A stretch of 64,000 nt of DNA from Octopus vulgaris. Taxonomy: Eukaryota. The DNA lies in assembly GCA_951406725.2 (NCBI GenBank), contig OX597815.1, positions 48,670,001-48,734,000 on the forward strand, given 5' to 3'. Every line of letters starts with the position of its first letter. The stretch's first letter is position 1. The position numbers and the translations under genes were made by a program. The notes below the pieces were generated by a model that saw only the letters and a program-made list of their open reading frames with translations, was not told the DNA's origin and searched no databases. Below, piece by piece: positions 13,817-26,870 of the stretch.

Positions 13817-13990
13817 GGCGATTTTTTTTTCCTCTGTCTTCCCTTCTCCTATGTTTCTGACGAAGAGCTCCACTCGAAACATTAAACCCTCCTTCTTCCC
13901 TTCCTTCCTGAGCGTCCAATAATACTATATCTGTTCCACGTCCTCGCATTGTTGTGTTTTCTCTTTGTGTTTTCATGTTTGGATTAACTA
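13817..13990 (+). mobile_element. Short hammerhead-bearing element (family HH1), copy 1
   Basis: Homologous to 35008-35202 (-) and 44798-45005 (+). Motif 13853-13887 GTTT-CTGACGA-A-GAG..CTC-GAAA-CATT-AAAC; followed by (TA)n. Confidence 0.8.
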
Positions 13991-14274
13991 TATATATATA
14001 TACAATAATTTTTATAATTATGTGTATAATTATAATTAGGGTTTAGCAAAAAAAAATTTGCTTCACCACATACCAAAATTTAGAAATAGCACCCAAAAAA
14101 TTAGCTATTTCTCTACCATAAGAAAATCTCCCAGATAACATATACTCCAAAACAATCCACGTAGGCAAAGAGAAAAAAACAACGAATTCACCTGGCATTT
14201 GATTAACTGTGGACATGTTTCAGAGTTAGATAGATATGAAAAATGCAAAAACCACATTTCCATTCTATCACATA

Positions 14275-14600
14275 AAAGAGTAAAGGGTAAAGACCTTCTT
14301 TATTTACGAATGACCATGGACTTGCACCTAGAAAGTTACCCTCTGAGGCACAAGTCTGGGCAAGGTTGTTTATGGAAGACCAGCAGTCGCCCATGCATAC
14401 CAATGTTATCCAAGGGAAAGGCAAAGGTGATACAGCTTTGCACCAGTGGCATTGCAACTCATTTCTACAGTTGAGTGAACTGGGGTAACATGAAATTAGG
14501 TGTTTTACACAAGAACACAACACACAGACTGGACTGGGAATTGAACTCACTACCTCATGATTGTGAACCCGATGCTTTAACCACTGAGTCATGTGCCTTC
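14275..14600 (-). mobile_element. tRNA-derived SINE (family C)
   Basis: Minus head GGCACATGACTCAGTGGTTAAAGCATCGGGTTCACAATCATGAGGTAGTGAGTTCAATTCCC with A/B boxes. Relatives at 28672-28995, 41060-41350, 45230-45482 and 47820-48070. Confidence 0.8.
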
Positions 14601-15129
14601 ACACACACACACAAGTGCCAGGCATGCAGGTATGCAGAGATAAATGAACAGGTAGAAAATACAAGAAAATCAGCTAAGATTTATGATGAGGAAGAGAGAG
14701 AGAGAGGAAAAAAGAAACAAAGAGGGCAAGAAAGAGAAAGAGAGTAAGGTGAAGAGGAGAGCTAGGTGTTTGAAGAGAAAATGAACGACTGTATAAGAAA
14801 CATACTGCTTAGAGTGGAGGATGAGTATTTCTCCAAGATGAAGATGAGTGTGTGATGAATATCTGAGAAGGGTGGAGAGAGAAGGAGGTGATGGTTGGGT
14901 GGGTGGAATATGTGTTGAGTGAGACTCAGAGGGATAAATCTATCAATTTATATCGACAGAACAATAGCTGTATGGGTGTGTGTGTGTGAATAGAGGAGGG
15001 TGGAGGCTGCTTGTTATGATAATGGGTAATGTTATAACCATGTTAGTGTAACCAGAATAAGTGGGTCCCAAACTTATGATTTGCTTAATGTTATCAAACG
15101 ATTATTGTTATCAGCAGAGCAAGAGAAAT

Positions 15130-15215
15130 AATAGAGATAGACAGACAGTTGGGTCGGTAGACAGACAGATAAACAACAGAAAGACAGACAGATGGATAGA
15201 TAGACAGACAGATGA

Positions 15216-15293
<78 letters not shown>

Positions 15294-15472
15294 GTGTGTG
15301 TGTGTTTGTGTGCGTGTGCATGTGTACATGTATGCATATGTGTGTGAGCATGTGCATGAATGTGTATATAGCAAGAGAAGAGTGAAATGGAGTGAGACAG
15401 AAGGGGAGATAGACAGACAAATAGATAGATAGAGAGAGAGAGAGGGAGAAGGAGAGATACAGACAGACAGAC

Positions 15473-15552
<80 letters not shown>
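15130..15552. repeat. (GATA)/(GACA)/(GA) microsatellite block
   Basis: Read directly. Confidence 0.95.
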
Positions 15553-16739
15553 CTGTATTTTAAATTAAACTAGCTGAAACACTCTTTATCTATCTCTCTT
15601 TCTCTTTTGTTCTCATTTGGTTAATTCAAATGACTTTTGGGAGTTGCAAGGTAAAAGTAGAAAGAGAGATAGAGGTAAATAAGTGACCACCTAAAGGTGC
15701 CACTAATAAATTATTGATGTCTAAGTCCAGTGTACTGAAATAGTGAGATGTAGCCTTATGAACCATGTAGCCATGTAAGTGGTTAGTGTGGTGGTAATGG
15801 TGGTATGTGTGTTGGTTGACGAAAGGCCAAGATGGCCAGATAAACTGGCAGGCAGGTAGGCAGGCTGGCAGGTCTAGTGAAGCAAGAGAGTCACTTCATA
15901 AATCTCCCAATTTCTGTCGGTGTGTTTTCAAGGATAACTCACCAAATCTTTGGTCCCACAGCTATCAGGATGTGTGTTAATGCGCGCGCGCGTGTGTGTG
16001 TATGTGTGTGAAAAGGTCAAGGGAGAAGGTAAGATAAAAATAAAGAAGAAGAAGAAGAAGAAGAAGTTAAGGATTAAGATAATGATATCACTTATGGTGA
16101 TAACAACAATGATAATTATCAAAATAGATATTATTAAAATGGAATTCCTCTTCCTCTTCGTCACCATCACTATAATGTTCACCATTATCATCATCATAAT
16201 TAATATCATCATGACAATAGAGAACCATGGAATCTTCAGTGTTGAAGATGATGATGATGACATTGATAATAAAGATGTGTTACACAAAATAATCATTTTT
16301 TACTTTGACAAAAAAGGCACAAATTTAGGCTGAGGGATATAGTTAACTAAACAGCGTCCCCAGTAACTGACGGGTATCTTATTTTATGAACCCTGGAAGG
16401 ATGAAAAGCAACTCAATGGAATTTGAACTCAGAAAGTAAAGGGAGGAAACTAAATGTAGGAAATTATAAATTGCTTCAAATTTTGGCCTACGATTTCACT
16501 GACCCGTGTTCAACTGGTACTTTATTTTATTGACCCTGAAATAAAAAAGGCAAAATTGGCCTTCATGACGTTTGAACTCAGAATGCAAAGAGCCAGAATA
16601 AATGCCACTAAGAATTTTGTTCAATTTGATAACCATTCTACCAGTTCACTGCTTTGTAATAATAATTGCTTCAAATTTTGGCAGAAGGTCAGCAATTTAG
16701 AAGGAAGGTGTACAAAGCAATTAAAGTGGTTGACTTTTT

Positions 16740-16950
16740 ATTCTTCTATTCTTTTATTTGTTTCAGACATTTGACTGTGGCCATGCTGGAGCTCCACCTT
16801 TAGTCAAACAAATTGACCCCAGGGCTTATCCTTTGTAAGCCTAGTACTTATTCTATCGGTCACTTTTGCTGAACTGCTAAGTTACGGGGATGTAAACACA
16901 CCAGCATCGGTTGTCAAGCGATGTTGGGGGAACAAACACAGAAACATATA
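16740..16950 (-). mobile_element. SINE family A, 3' half
   Basis: Reverse complement of the family A tail. Confidence 0.85.
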
Positions 16951-16968
16951 CATATATGTATATGTATG

Positions 16969-17032
<64 letters not shown>

Positions 17033-17035
17033 CTT

Positions 17036-17765
17036 CTGTTTTGACTGCTATTTCTAAATTTTTGGTATGTGGTGAAGCAACTTTTGCTAAACCCTTAATT
17101 ATTATAAAAAACTTTTTGTATAAGTTTTTACCAATGTTTTTTATTTCCATACCAAAGCTACTTGGCAAAATTTGTTAATTATTAAATTAATAATTCTTTA
17201 CTCTATATCTATAATGATAATTTCACTCCCTGATAGCAAACTGCAGTTTTTTCTGCGGTACTAAATTGTGACACACATGGTAATCTGGAGGGAAAGATAT
17301 GAAATTACTTATCTATATAAATTTGGAAGTGCTGATTGTCGTATGTTATGTTTTGATGTCGCTTGATTGAATATGCAAAGGGTAGGTTCAGCATTTTCAA
17401 ATTTATAATCCTGAAATATCATGCTAATGAAGGAAATGAATTTTACAATTCTAATCCCGAAACGTGTACGTGATTCATCGAGGATTAGTTGATTTCGTTA
17501 TTTTTTCTTCTTTTTGCCTATGTGAGTTACAAGTATTACTGTCTGTGGAGTTATATTGTTGTTAGAAGAATTAGCTGTTTTGACTGCTATTTCTAAATTT
17601 TCAGTATGTGGTGAAGCAACTTTTTGCTAAACCCTTAATTATATTTATAATTATAAAAAACTTTTTGTATAAGTTCTTACAGATAATGGTTTTTCTCCAC
17701 ACCAAAGCTACTTGGTAAAATTTGTTAATTATTAAATTGATAATTCTTTACCCTATATCTATAAT
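17036..17765 (+). mobile_element. Penelope-like partial tandem (pseudo-LTR) remnant
   Basis: About 180 bp direct repeat (17036-17213, 17575-17765) around a decayed hammerhead-like core (CTAATGA...GAAA-CGTGTACGT, 17424-17471). A related inverted piece lies at about 14025-14190. Confidence 0.5.
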
Positions 17766-18603
17766 AAATATGAATAAATACACACACACACACACATACT
17801 GGAACAAGCTTCACAAAGGTGAGCTTATTACAGAAATAACAGCATACAAACGTAGTCCTAAAATACACATGCCAATAGCAGGGAAGACGCCACATATAAT
17901 AAAAGGCCAAATTTCTATTAGTCCTATGTTGCCTCACAGTAGGGCTGAAATATGAATGATTGAAATATGTTCCCAATGAAACATTCCAAGAAAGAATTAG
18001 ATTAATTAGATTACTATGGGACAGGTAATATATGACAAATATTCATAAGAAATCTATTGAAATGATGGTGACTGTTATTAACAATATAGACAGGGAATTA
18101 TTTCTTAATTCTGGCAAATAAATGCATGCTTACATGCCATTTTCACAATCAGTTGGTAATATCTTAAAATAAAAGCAATGAATAGAAAAATACTTTTATG
18201 GATTTTAGAAAACTGGGGTAAATTATTGATCCTTTGAAAACTATGAGTTATGTGATGATATTTATCAGATGCAAATGAAAATGGAAAAACAGAAAAACAA
18301 AAAAAAAAATTAAATATATTAAGAGATAATAAAAACAGAACATTTGATTACAAATTGATGACCTTCAAACAGGAGTTTACTACTACTTATGAAAATCTCT
18401 GTCATCAGAAGAAAAATAATAAATAAAAAGTTCAGTTGAAATCAATCAAATAAGGAGACAGTCTGTAAAAGTCACAGAAACCCCTTCTTAGGAAGATATG
18501 GATTTATTCTAGAAAAATTTTTTAGAGAGAATTAGGTGTTTAATGAGACTACAATGTGGCTAAAAGAAATCAGAAAGAAGCATTTTCCTTCATTATAGTT
18601 TCA

Positions 18604-18769
18604 GGAGTGGACGTATGGTAAGTAGCTTGCTTACCAACCACATAGTTCCAGGTTCGGTCCCACTGTGTGGAACCTTGGGCAAGTGTCTTCTACTATAGGC
18701 TCAGGCCAACCAAAGCCTTGTGAATAGATTTGGTAGATGGAAACTGAAAAGAAGCCCATCATATATATG

Positions 18770-18858
<89 letters not shown>

Positions 18859-19083
18859 GTATGTTTGTGTGCGTGTGTGTGTTTGTGTGTCTGTGTTTGT
18901 CCCCCAGCATCGCTTGACAACCAATGCTGGTGTGTTTACATCCTCATAACTTAGCGGTTCGGCAAAAGAAACCAATAGAATAAGCACTAGGCTTACAAAG
19001 AATAAGTCCTGGGGTTGATTTGCTCGACTAAAGGCAGTGCTCCAGCATGGCTGCAGTCAAATGACTGAAACAAGTAAAAGAGT
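18604..19083 (+). mobile_element. SINE family A, full length
   Basis: Head, CORE-like segment, long (TA)n and tail. Confidence 0.9.
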
Positions 19084-19924
19084 AATACATAAATGCAAAA
19101 TACTTTGATACAGTAATAGAAAACGCACCAGGAAGAGATTTCAATATTGGCTACTTATGCAAGAAGTAAACTTTTATCACAGGTTATTTTATTGACTTTT
19201 ACCAGCAACCATGGAATGGTGATATGAATTTACAGAGCTGGCTGATATTGGTAGAAACAATCATGATACAAAATAAATAAGCAAAAAGTAAACAAATAAA
19301 TAAATAAAATAATAATAGCTTAATTAATTAAAAAGCCACTTACATGGTGAAAAACTACAGACTAATTTCAGACCAGAATTTAATTAAAAATCTATATGGC
19401 TCATCTGAATGCACTCCTTGCATTATCATCACAGCTAAACAAAATCATCACCCAGAAATTAAATATAAGAAGTGTTGCATTGTTACTGGAGGATAAATTA
19501 TTATAGTGGTATATTTTAGGGAGAAAGCTTCTCTGAGACACTAGTTATAGTCACAATGTAATCCTTAATTTTTCTGGTTTTTTTAAAATTCTTTGCTGAG
19601 AAAAACCTAAAGTGGTGTATGTAACTAACCTGCAAAAGAGACAGAAAAATGCCAGACTGAGACATAGCTTCTTTGAAAATGGAATAAAAGTAAATGCCAA
19701 TTTAAAAATAAAAACTATGAACAGCATGAAGATGAATCTTCACATGATTACGACATTCTAAAATGAAACAGAAATGGAGTTAGCGCATTAAGTGAAAACT
19801 AAAAACCACTCAAGTAACATGTCTGTTAATGATCTATTTCTCTGATGGATGAAAACCTTATCCTCTGATGGCATTTGTAACAGGAAATGTAATTCTCGAA
19901 TAAAAGTATGGTTCTAAGGTAAAT

Positions 19925-20152
19925 TTTTTATTTCTTTATTGCCCACAAGGGGCTAAACATAGAGTGGACAAAGAAGGATAGACAAAGGGATTAAGTCAAT
20001 TACATCGACCCCAGTGCATAATTTATACTTAATTTATCGACCCCGAAAGGATGAAAGGCAAAGTCGACCTCAGCAGAATTTGAACTCAGAACGTAATGGC
20101 AGATGAAACACAGCTAAGCATTTCGCTCGATGCCCTAATATTTGTGCCAGCT
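19925..20152 (-). mobile_element. SINE family B (Nin-domain type)
   Basis: Reverse complement contains GTCGACTTTGCCTTTCATCCTTTCGGGGTCGATAAATTAAGTA. Confidence 0.85.
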
Positions 20153-21552
20153 CAACTTTTACTGTACTAGTACTCATACCAATATTTGAGCAACTTGATA
20201 GAAAGCTAGATGAGATTTGAGCCACTGTTGTTAAACTATGAGATCTGTTGTTAATCTATGAGACCTGAGCCACTGCTGTAAACTATTAAACACAACTAGA
20301 AATTTCAACAGCATTAGTGATACTGAGTGCATCTAACTAAAAAAAAAAGAAAATAGAAGGTAGAGGCTCAGTACTGATTCAAACAATATTCTAATGTCAT
20401 GCATGTAAAAGATCCACTGATTCATGGATCAAATTGGCATACAAAGGCAAATAACACTATGAAACTATTGCTTAACTGATGATGAAGGATACACATGCAG
20501 AGAAGTTACAGCTCTGTAGTCAAAGAGCATTAGATGAAAAGCTTTACCTTAATCATTAGAAGATCAAGCATAGCCATGATGTAAGAACATCAGGGAGGCA
20601 GTATATAGATAACAGAGTAGTTTATCAAAATTTATGAGTAATAGATCAATCTACAGACAAGTGTTCCTTAGATCTACATTAGCTCTCATTTTGAAGGGTA
20701 TGATACATTTGCAACTCAGGAATAGGAAATAACAAATTATCTGATGTATAGAAAAGAAAGGTATGCATGTAAAATATTGAGATATGCTGACTGATGTAGA
20801 CTCTCTGGAATTTACACCAAAGAGGTAAAAAAACATCCTCATTAGCAGTTGTCCAAAAATGCCACTATTTGTTCATGAGGCATGATATTGTGGCCAAAAC
20901 AATATTCAATGCTATCTGCAGAAAGGGTAGTTTTGAAGATAAAAATATAAGAAGTTGCAGTAATGTAGAGGGCATGCTCGTTCATTATACAAAAGAATAT
21001 TTGTGGAATGTTTTTTGTTAAAAACCTCTAAAATGCAAACAAAACAGACCAGACATAATGATCTGTGACAAAGCAAAGAAAGCATATTCAGTGGTAGAAA
21101 CCAATTGTTCCACAGACCTTAACATATGTTGAAGATAAAATAAAAATAAAATATACATGCTGAGCTAATGAGAAATTTCTGATTACGTCTGAAGTTTTAT
21201 ACTGGAGACTAATGTTGAGAAGCTGGTCGTCACACAGCCATAAAGTACATGCTTAATAAAGGAATTTCAATTAAAAGCCAATCAATGGAATGAAAATATG
21301 CAAAATATTCTAGAAATTAAGCTTGTAATAAGTATGTATACATAAGAATAAATATACAAGCATATACTTATGTACGTATACATATGTTAAGTCAAACAGA
21401 TACACAAATGCAATGACATGTGTGCATACACATGTATTTACAATTACATACATATGCCTGAATGTATAATGCATACATATAACATTTATGTATCAGAACA
21501 CATGCATATATATATATAATATATACACATACACAGACAGACACATGATGAA

Positions 21553-21591
<39 letters not shown>

Positions 21592-22153
21592 GCAAGTATC
21601 AAAAAAGGGGTACAACAAAGTGAGGTTGTTGACTATTTGCATAACTTGGAAAAATGTACATATTTGGAGCTTTTACATTGGTTGTTGTATTAATTGCAGG
21701 ACAATGACAAGGTAAAGTGTATGATTGCATAATGTTTCTTGTGCCGTTATGTAATTATTTCTACATTTTGGTGAAACACGTGTATGTCCTATAAAGCATT
21801 GAATACCACACTTGCTTACTGCTTATTATTGCCTTTTCCTATGTAAAGCAAATCCATATAAAAACAAAGAGATGTTCACATCCACAGTTAATAATATCAG
21901 ATTGACACTCAAAGAAGGAAATATAGTTATGGAGCAAACCGTTAACATTTCACGCACAGTCTTTCATTAAATATAAAAGGAAAATCAAAAGGCAGATCAA
22001 GAAGAGAGGAAAGGAGATACAATAGAAAAGAGAGCCTGATGAAAAGTACACAAAGGTTAGGTTCACATGTTTGATCCCTGATTAGCCAGAAATGTGTGTG
22101 GTAATTGTGATTTCAATGACAAGAGAGTGATTCAAGAGTGTATACTGGTGTTG

Positions 22154-22196
<43 letters not shown>

Positions 22197-22684
22197 AGTG
22201 CATATGGTTGAGGTTACATATATATATATGCAGTGTACATGTTTATATATATCAAGGAAATTATGTGGATAAACAAATTAGATACATTAAATATATTAGA
22301 TATAATAGTCTGGGTATGAACTACAAAATATGCATATATGTATACCTGCAAAATGAGAGAAAAGAAATAGTGGAGACTCTCAGATGATGAATTTTTAAGT
22401 ATAAATATATATATATTTATATTAATAGGTCCAATTTACACAGAGTACAAACGATAGAGAAAATTAATGAGGAGGAAGAAAGGTGTTATAAGTCCTTATA
22501 TGTACATGTATGTGTGTGAGTGTGCTTGGCTAGTGAGATTAACAGTGTATGTGTGTGTGTGCAATAATTTTCATGTGGGCTAGTGTCGAAGTGGTTGCAT
22601 GTACATGTTTGTATGTGTGTGTGCATGTGTGTGCTTGTAACTTAGTGCATGGTGTGGGTAAGATATTCATATGTGCATGTGTCT

Positions 22685-22960
22685 ATTAATACAACAATGT
22701 TAAGTAGGACACAGTCAAACTCGAAAAGTTTACTGAGAAGTCCTCTTCACTGTCATGAACAAAACACCTTTCCATGACAACTGACCATAAAAACCTAATT
22801 ACCACCCCACTCAAAGGCACAGACTCAAAGATGATTTTTAACCCAACAGAGACTATATGAAGACAAAACTAACTCTAATGCATTGCAATATGATGCTGGC
22901 TTAGCAGGGTGAAACTTCGAAGTCATTTCAACAACATTCTTGTATTAAGAATAATAAATT
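22685..22960 (+). mobile_element. Decayed Penelope-like 3' fragment with mutated hammerhead (family HH3)
   Basis: ATGATGC-TGGC-TTAGCAG-GGT-GAAA-CTTCGAAG-TC...CAACAACATTCTTGTATTAAGAA, homologous to 49221-49339. The left boundary is uncertain. Confidence 0.55.
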
Positions 22961-24168
22961 TGACATTTTGTTTTCTATATGTTGTGAGCTGGAGTGGATT
23001 CTTCCCATCTTTCTAGCAGTCAAGTGTTCACAACTGAGGATGGGTTGAAATAGCTCAAAACCAAACTGGTCTCACAATCCTGTTGTCTGCGGGAGAATGT
23101 TGGGAGTTCACTCCCCTGCTAGCAATGTGTACAGGGTGCAGGCTGCACCTGTAACTAACTGGCAGAAGATCTGCCTGGGGTTAAAATAGTAGTAACATCG
23201 AACAGCCATATTGATGTGGCAATTAAATTTACTTGTCATATTTATATTTGGACTTCCACAGTTCTGTCAACCAACCAAATATTTTGTTATTATAGATGTC
23301 TTCCCAAGAGAAAGAGATGAATCAACACCAAAACTAGTCTGGCATTTTATTTATCAAGTTTGAAAGGCTGGAAGACAGAGCTGAATTCAACAGGATTTGA
23401 ACCTACAATCAGAGAGTAGGGACAATGTATTCTTTCTAATACCCTAATAATTTGCTACCAAAGGCAGACATTTAGCCAAATAACAACAACAACAAAAAGG
23501 GAAAAAAAACAAAAAATGAAAAAAGCATCATCAACAACAACTAAAATGAAACAAACTATAATTGTCCGTATCATTCATTCAAATCCCCTTGCAGAGCCTG
23601 CTTTATACCACTGCAGAAATCTTTAACAGCAAAATCAACAACAATTACAATTACTAAAATAACCTAAAAGTAGAATTGGCCTTGTGGTTGCAGTGGTAGT
23701 AGTGAGAGTAGTGGTGGTGGTGGTTGTGGCGGTGGTTTTGGTAGCAGTGGTAATGCATTATACTGTATGTTTGCTGTCTCCCGAGAGCAGCATGTTCGTT
23801 CTCTTCGGACTGATAGGCTTGTTCTTGAGTTGTGCTTTTGATAAAAGAGCAAGTACTGGTCCCACTACATATTTTTTCTTTTGTTTCGTTTTAGTGCCGA
23901 GATGTATCATACACACACATGCACACACATACACCTATCAATGCTACCACCTTCACCAACACAACCATAAGCACTATTACCACCATCACCACGACCATCA
24001 CCACCACTGGCTACATTCATATTTCACACCCTCCCAATCCAACCTCACAATCAGGCAAAGCTTCCATTCCATTCTTGTCTATCCTTCATCCACCAGGACT
24101 CATAACAGGAAAAAAAAAACCAACCCAAAACACAGAGGTGCTAGTGGTAGTGGTGGTGGTGGTGGTGG

Positions 24169-24192
24169 ATGATTGCAACGATAATGATGGCA

Positions 24193-24284
<92 letters not shown>

Positions 24285-24400
24285 AACAGTGATGCTTATG
24301 ATAATGATGGTGGTGATGATGGCAACAATGATGAACAATGGTAATGATCATGGCAACAATAATGATGCTGCTGATAATGATGATGATCATCATCATGAAG
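24169..24400. repeat. (GAT)n microsatellite
   Basis: Read directly; produces the poly-D/M/H ORFs. Confidence 0.95.
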
Positions 24401-25499
24401 AAGAGGAAGAAGAGGAATACAGATTATGAAGAGATCCTATTTATAAGTCTTAAGTCATCATAATCGTACATCTGAGACTTAACACACAGAATGGTAGGTT
24501 GGATGGCTCTATGCCTGTTTCTGCATGTGTGCATGTATCTATGTGTATGTTTTTTTTGTGCCAATGTATGTCTTTGTATCTATGTATTTGTGTGTTGGCA
24601 TGGGTGTGTATGCACTTGTCCATGTGTGTGTGTGGGCATGTCTCCAAGGATGTACATATGCATATGTGTGGATGTACATGTATCCAAGTGTGTGTATATG
24701 TGTCTGTATGAATACGTGTATATGGTGTATATGTGTATGCATATTTTCAATTGTGTAGGTGTGTGTGTGTGTGCCTGTGTGTCTGTAATTTTGTGTATGT
24801 ACATGTTTTTTGTTTTGTGAATATGTGCCTGTGTATGTACATCACTATGTGTGAGTGTGTGTGTCTATATAAATATGTGAATGTGTGTATGTTTGTGTAT
24901 TAGTGTGTGTGATGTATGTAAATGTGCAGGTAGTTTTTTGAGTATGTAAGTGTGTGTGTGTGTGTGTGGTTTTGGTTAGACTTAGATCAGCCTTGATTAA
25001 GCCGACTTTTATTAAAAGCATTCCAGCCATGGCCATCCCATCTGTTTTGCAGGCACAGTACATACACCCAAGACTACTTTATCCAAGCTATGCGCTCTAT
25101 TCTCAAATTTGAAAGCATGGTAAGAGACAGACTTGGCTGTCATTTCTATCAGGTCAAACAACCACATAGAGGCGTCAATGTTGGCTCAACTGTTACAATG
25201 GAAGTGTGTGTATATGTATGTGTAAATGTGTGAATGTATAAATGCGTAAAGGGTAAAAACCCCACTTTAGTCATGAATGACCCTGGGATTGCACCTAGAA
25301 AGTTCCCCTCCAAGGAACAAGTCCAGGCAAAATGTAAAGACAGATAAATGTCTCTAAGCATTTTGCCTGATGTGCTAATGACTCTACAAGCCCGCCACCT
25401 TAAATGATAATAATAATATTACTAATAATAATCCCAACAACAACAACAACAACAACAACAATAATAATAATAAGAAGAAGAATAGTAATAATAAGATAA

Positions 25500-25870
25500 G
25501 AAACGATATACTTTCTAATTAATGTATCAATACCAACAAATAACCATGTTTCTCTACAAGAAACAGAGAAACTTTCAAAATACAAAGACCTGGAAATAGA
25601 GGTAACTTGAATGTGGAGCCTGAAAACAGAAACAATTCCTATTATAGTTGGTGCATTAGGTATGATAAAAAAAGAAAAAAAAACATGCAGACAAGTACAT
25701 AACAAAAACACCAGGACTTACAAGTATATATAACATACAGACAATACACACCACACACATCCTACATAAAACACTTTCAATACAAAGTGAATAAGAGCAC
25801 TACAACAAACCACAGCACATACCAAAGGCACACAGAGCTGCATTCGGTAGAACAGTGAAAGCATGTGATA
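25500..25870 (+). mobile_element. R4/Dong-type LINE 3' fragment (restriction-like endonuclease region)
   Basis: Reads LINVSIPTNNHVSLQETEKLSKYKDLEIEVT*MWSLKTETIPIIVGALGMIKK; flanked by (TAA)n. Confidence 0.75.
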
Positions 25871-25972
25871 AAAATAATACTACGGAATTTAAAAAAAAAA
25901 ATAATAATGATAATAATAATAATAATGATAATAATAATAATAATGATGATAATAATAATAATAATAATAATG

Positions 25973-26019
<47 letters not shown>

Positions 26020-26020
<1 letters not shown>

Positions 26021-26265
26021 GATAGTGCTCATGGGAACTGCTCATATCCTACATAAAATACTAACTATGTAATATCAAGTTTTAAAACAAACATAATTTT
26101 CTTATGGTTTCTAAAACATTCTCTAGAACAATACTATGTACAAAACCAAATATATGGCACCCTAGGCATAACACCAACATGAACTTCTAACTTTTTGTCT
26201 CTTGAGGAGTCTGGGTGAGACTTGGAGCTAACTGGTACAAATGCAAAGCAAGCGTCAAACATAAA
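26020..26265 (+). mobile_element. R4/Dong-type extreme 3' end
   Basis: IVLMGTAHILHKILTM* plus 3' UTR, between TAA runs. Confidence 0.65.
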
Positions 26266-26292
26266 ATAATGATAACAATAATAATAATAACT

Positions 26293-26843
26293 AATGCAGT
26301 AGCATGCCCTGATGTGGTACCAGGCACTGGCTGTCATGGCTTCTGACCTTAACTGATTGGAAGTGTTATAATGTACATGTTTTGTGTTGGTGTAAAGGAT
26401 GAGCTGCAGCAAACGTTCTGCTCAATATCACAGATTTGCTTGTCAATTGTTTGGCCTTAAACCATTGAGCATGTCCCTGAGTGGCTGATGATATTTTGAT
26501 CATGAGCAGAAGAAGTGGGAGAATGTCAGCCATGTTTTGGGAAGAATTCTTTGGGTTTGAATAATTCACCTCTGGAAACATGGGTATTTTATACAACATC
26601 CGCAAACAACCCTTATAAAAGGACCTTTTGAGTGGGATAGGCTACTCGACCTGAAGAAAATTCTAACTGGGCCCCACCTGCAAGGTCATGCACTGTTAAT
26701 CTTGATATGAGATCAACATGTCGTGCACGTATGGTTATGATACATGTGCATGGTGTACTCTTGTCAGACGGGTAGTCATGATGAGTATACTGGGTTTCGT
26801 ATATTTTGCCCCAGTGTCACTTTGATTGCATGCACAGCTCTCT
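26293..26843. mobile_element. Unclassified interspersed-repeat-like segment in a TAA array
   Basis: Complex, GC-richer segment sharply bounded by (TAA)n on both sides; no ORF recognised. Confidence 0.4.
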
Positions 26844-26870
26844 CAATAATAATAATAATAATAATAATAA

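Noticed and set aside
15946-15970. TTTGGTCCCACAGCT resembling miR-133
   Set aside because: The match ends after 9 nt and no precursor hairpin is evident.
23684-24429. Poly-His/Asp/Met ORFs suggesting metal-binding or biomineral proteins
   Set aside because: (GAT)/(CAC) repeats are open in several frames on both strands, with no exon support. The same applies at 58032-58490.
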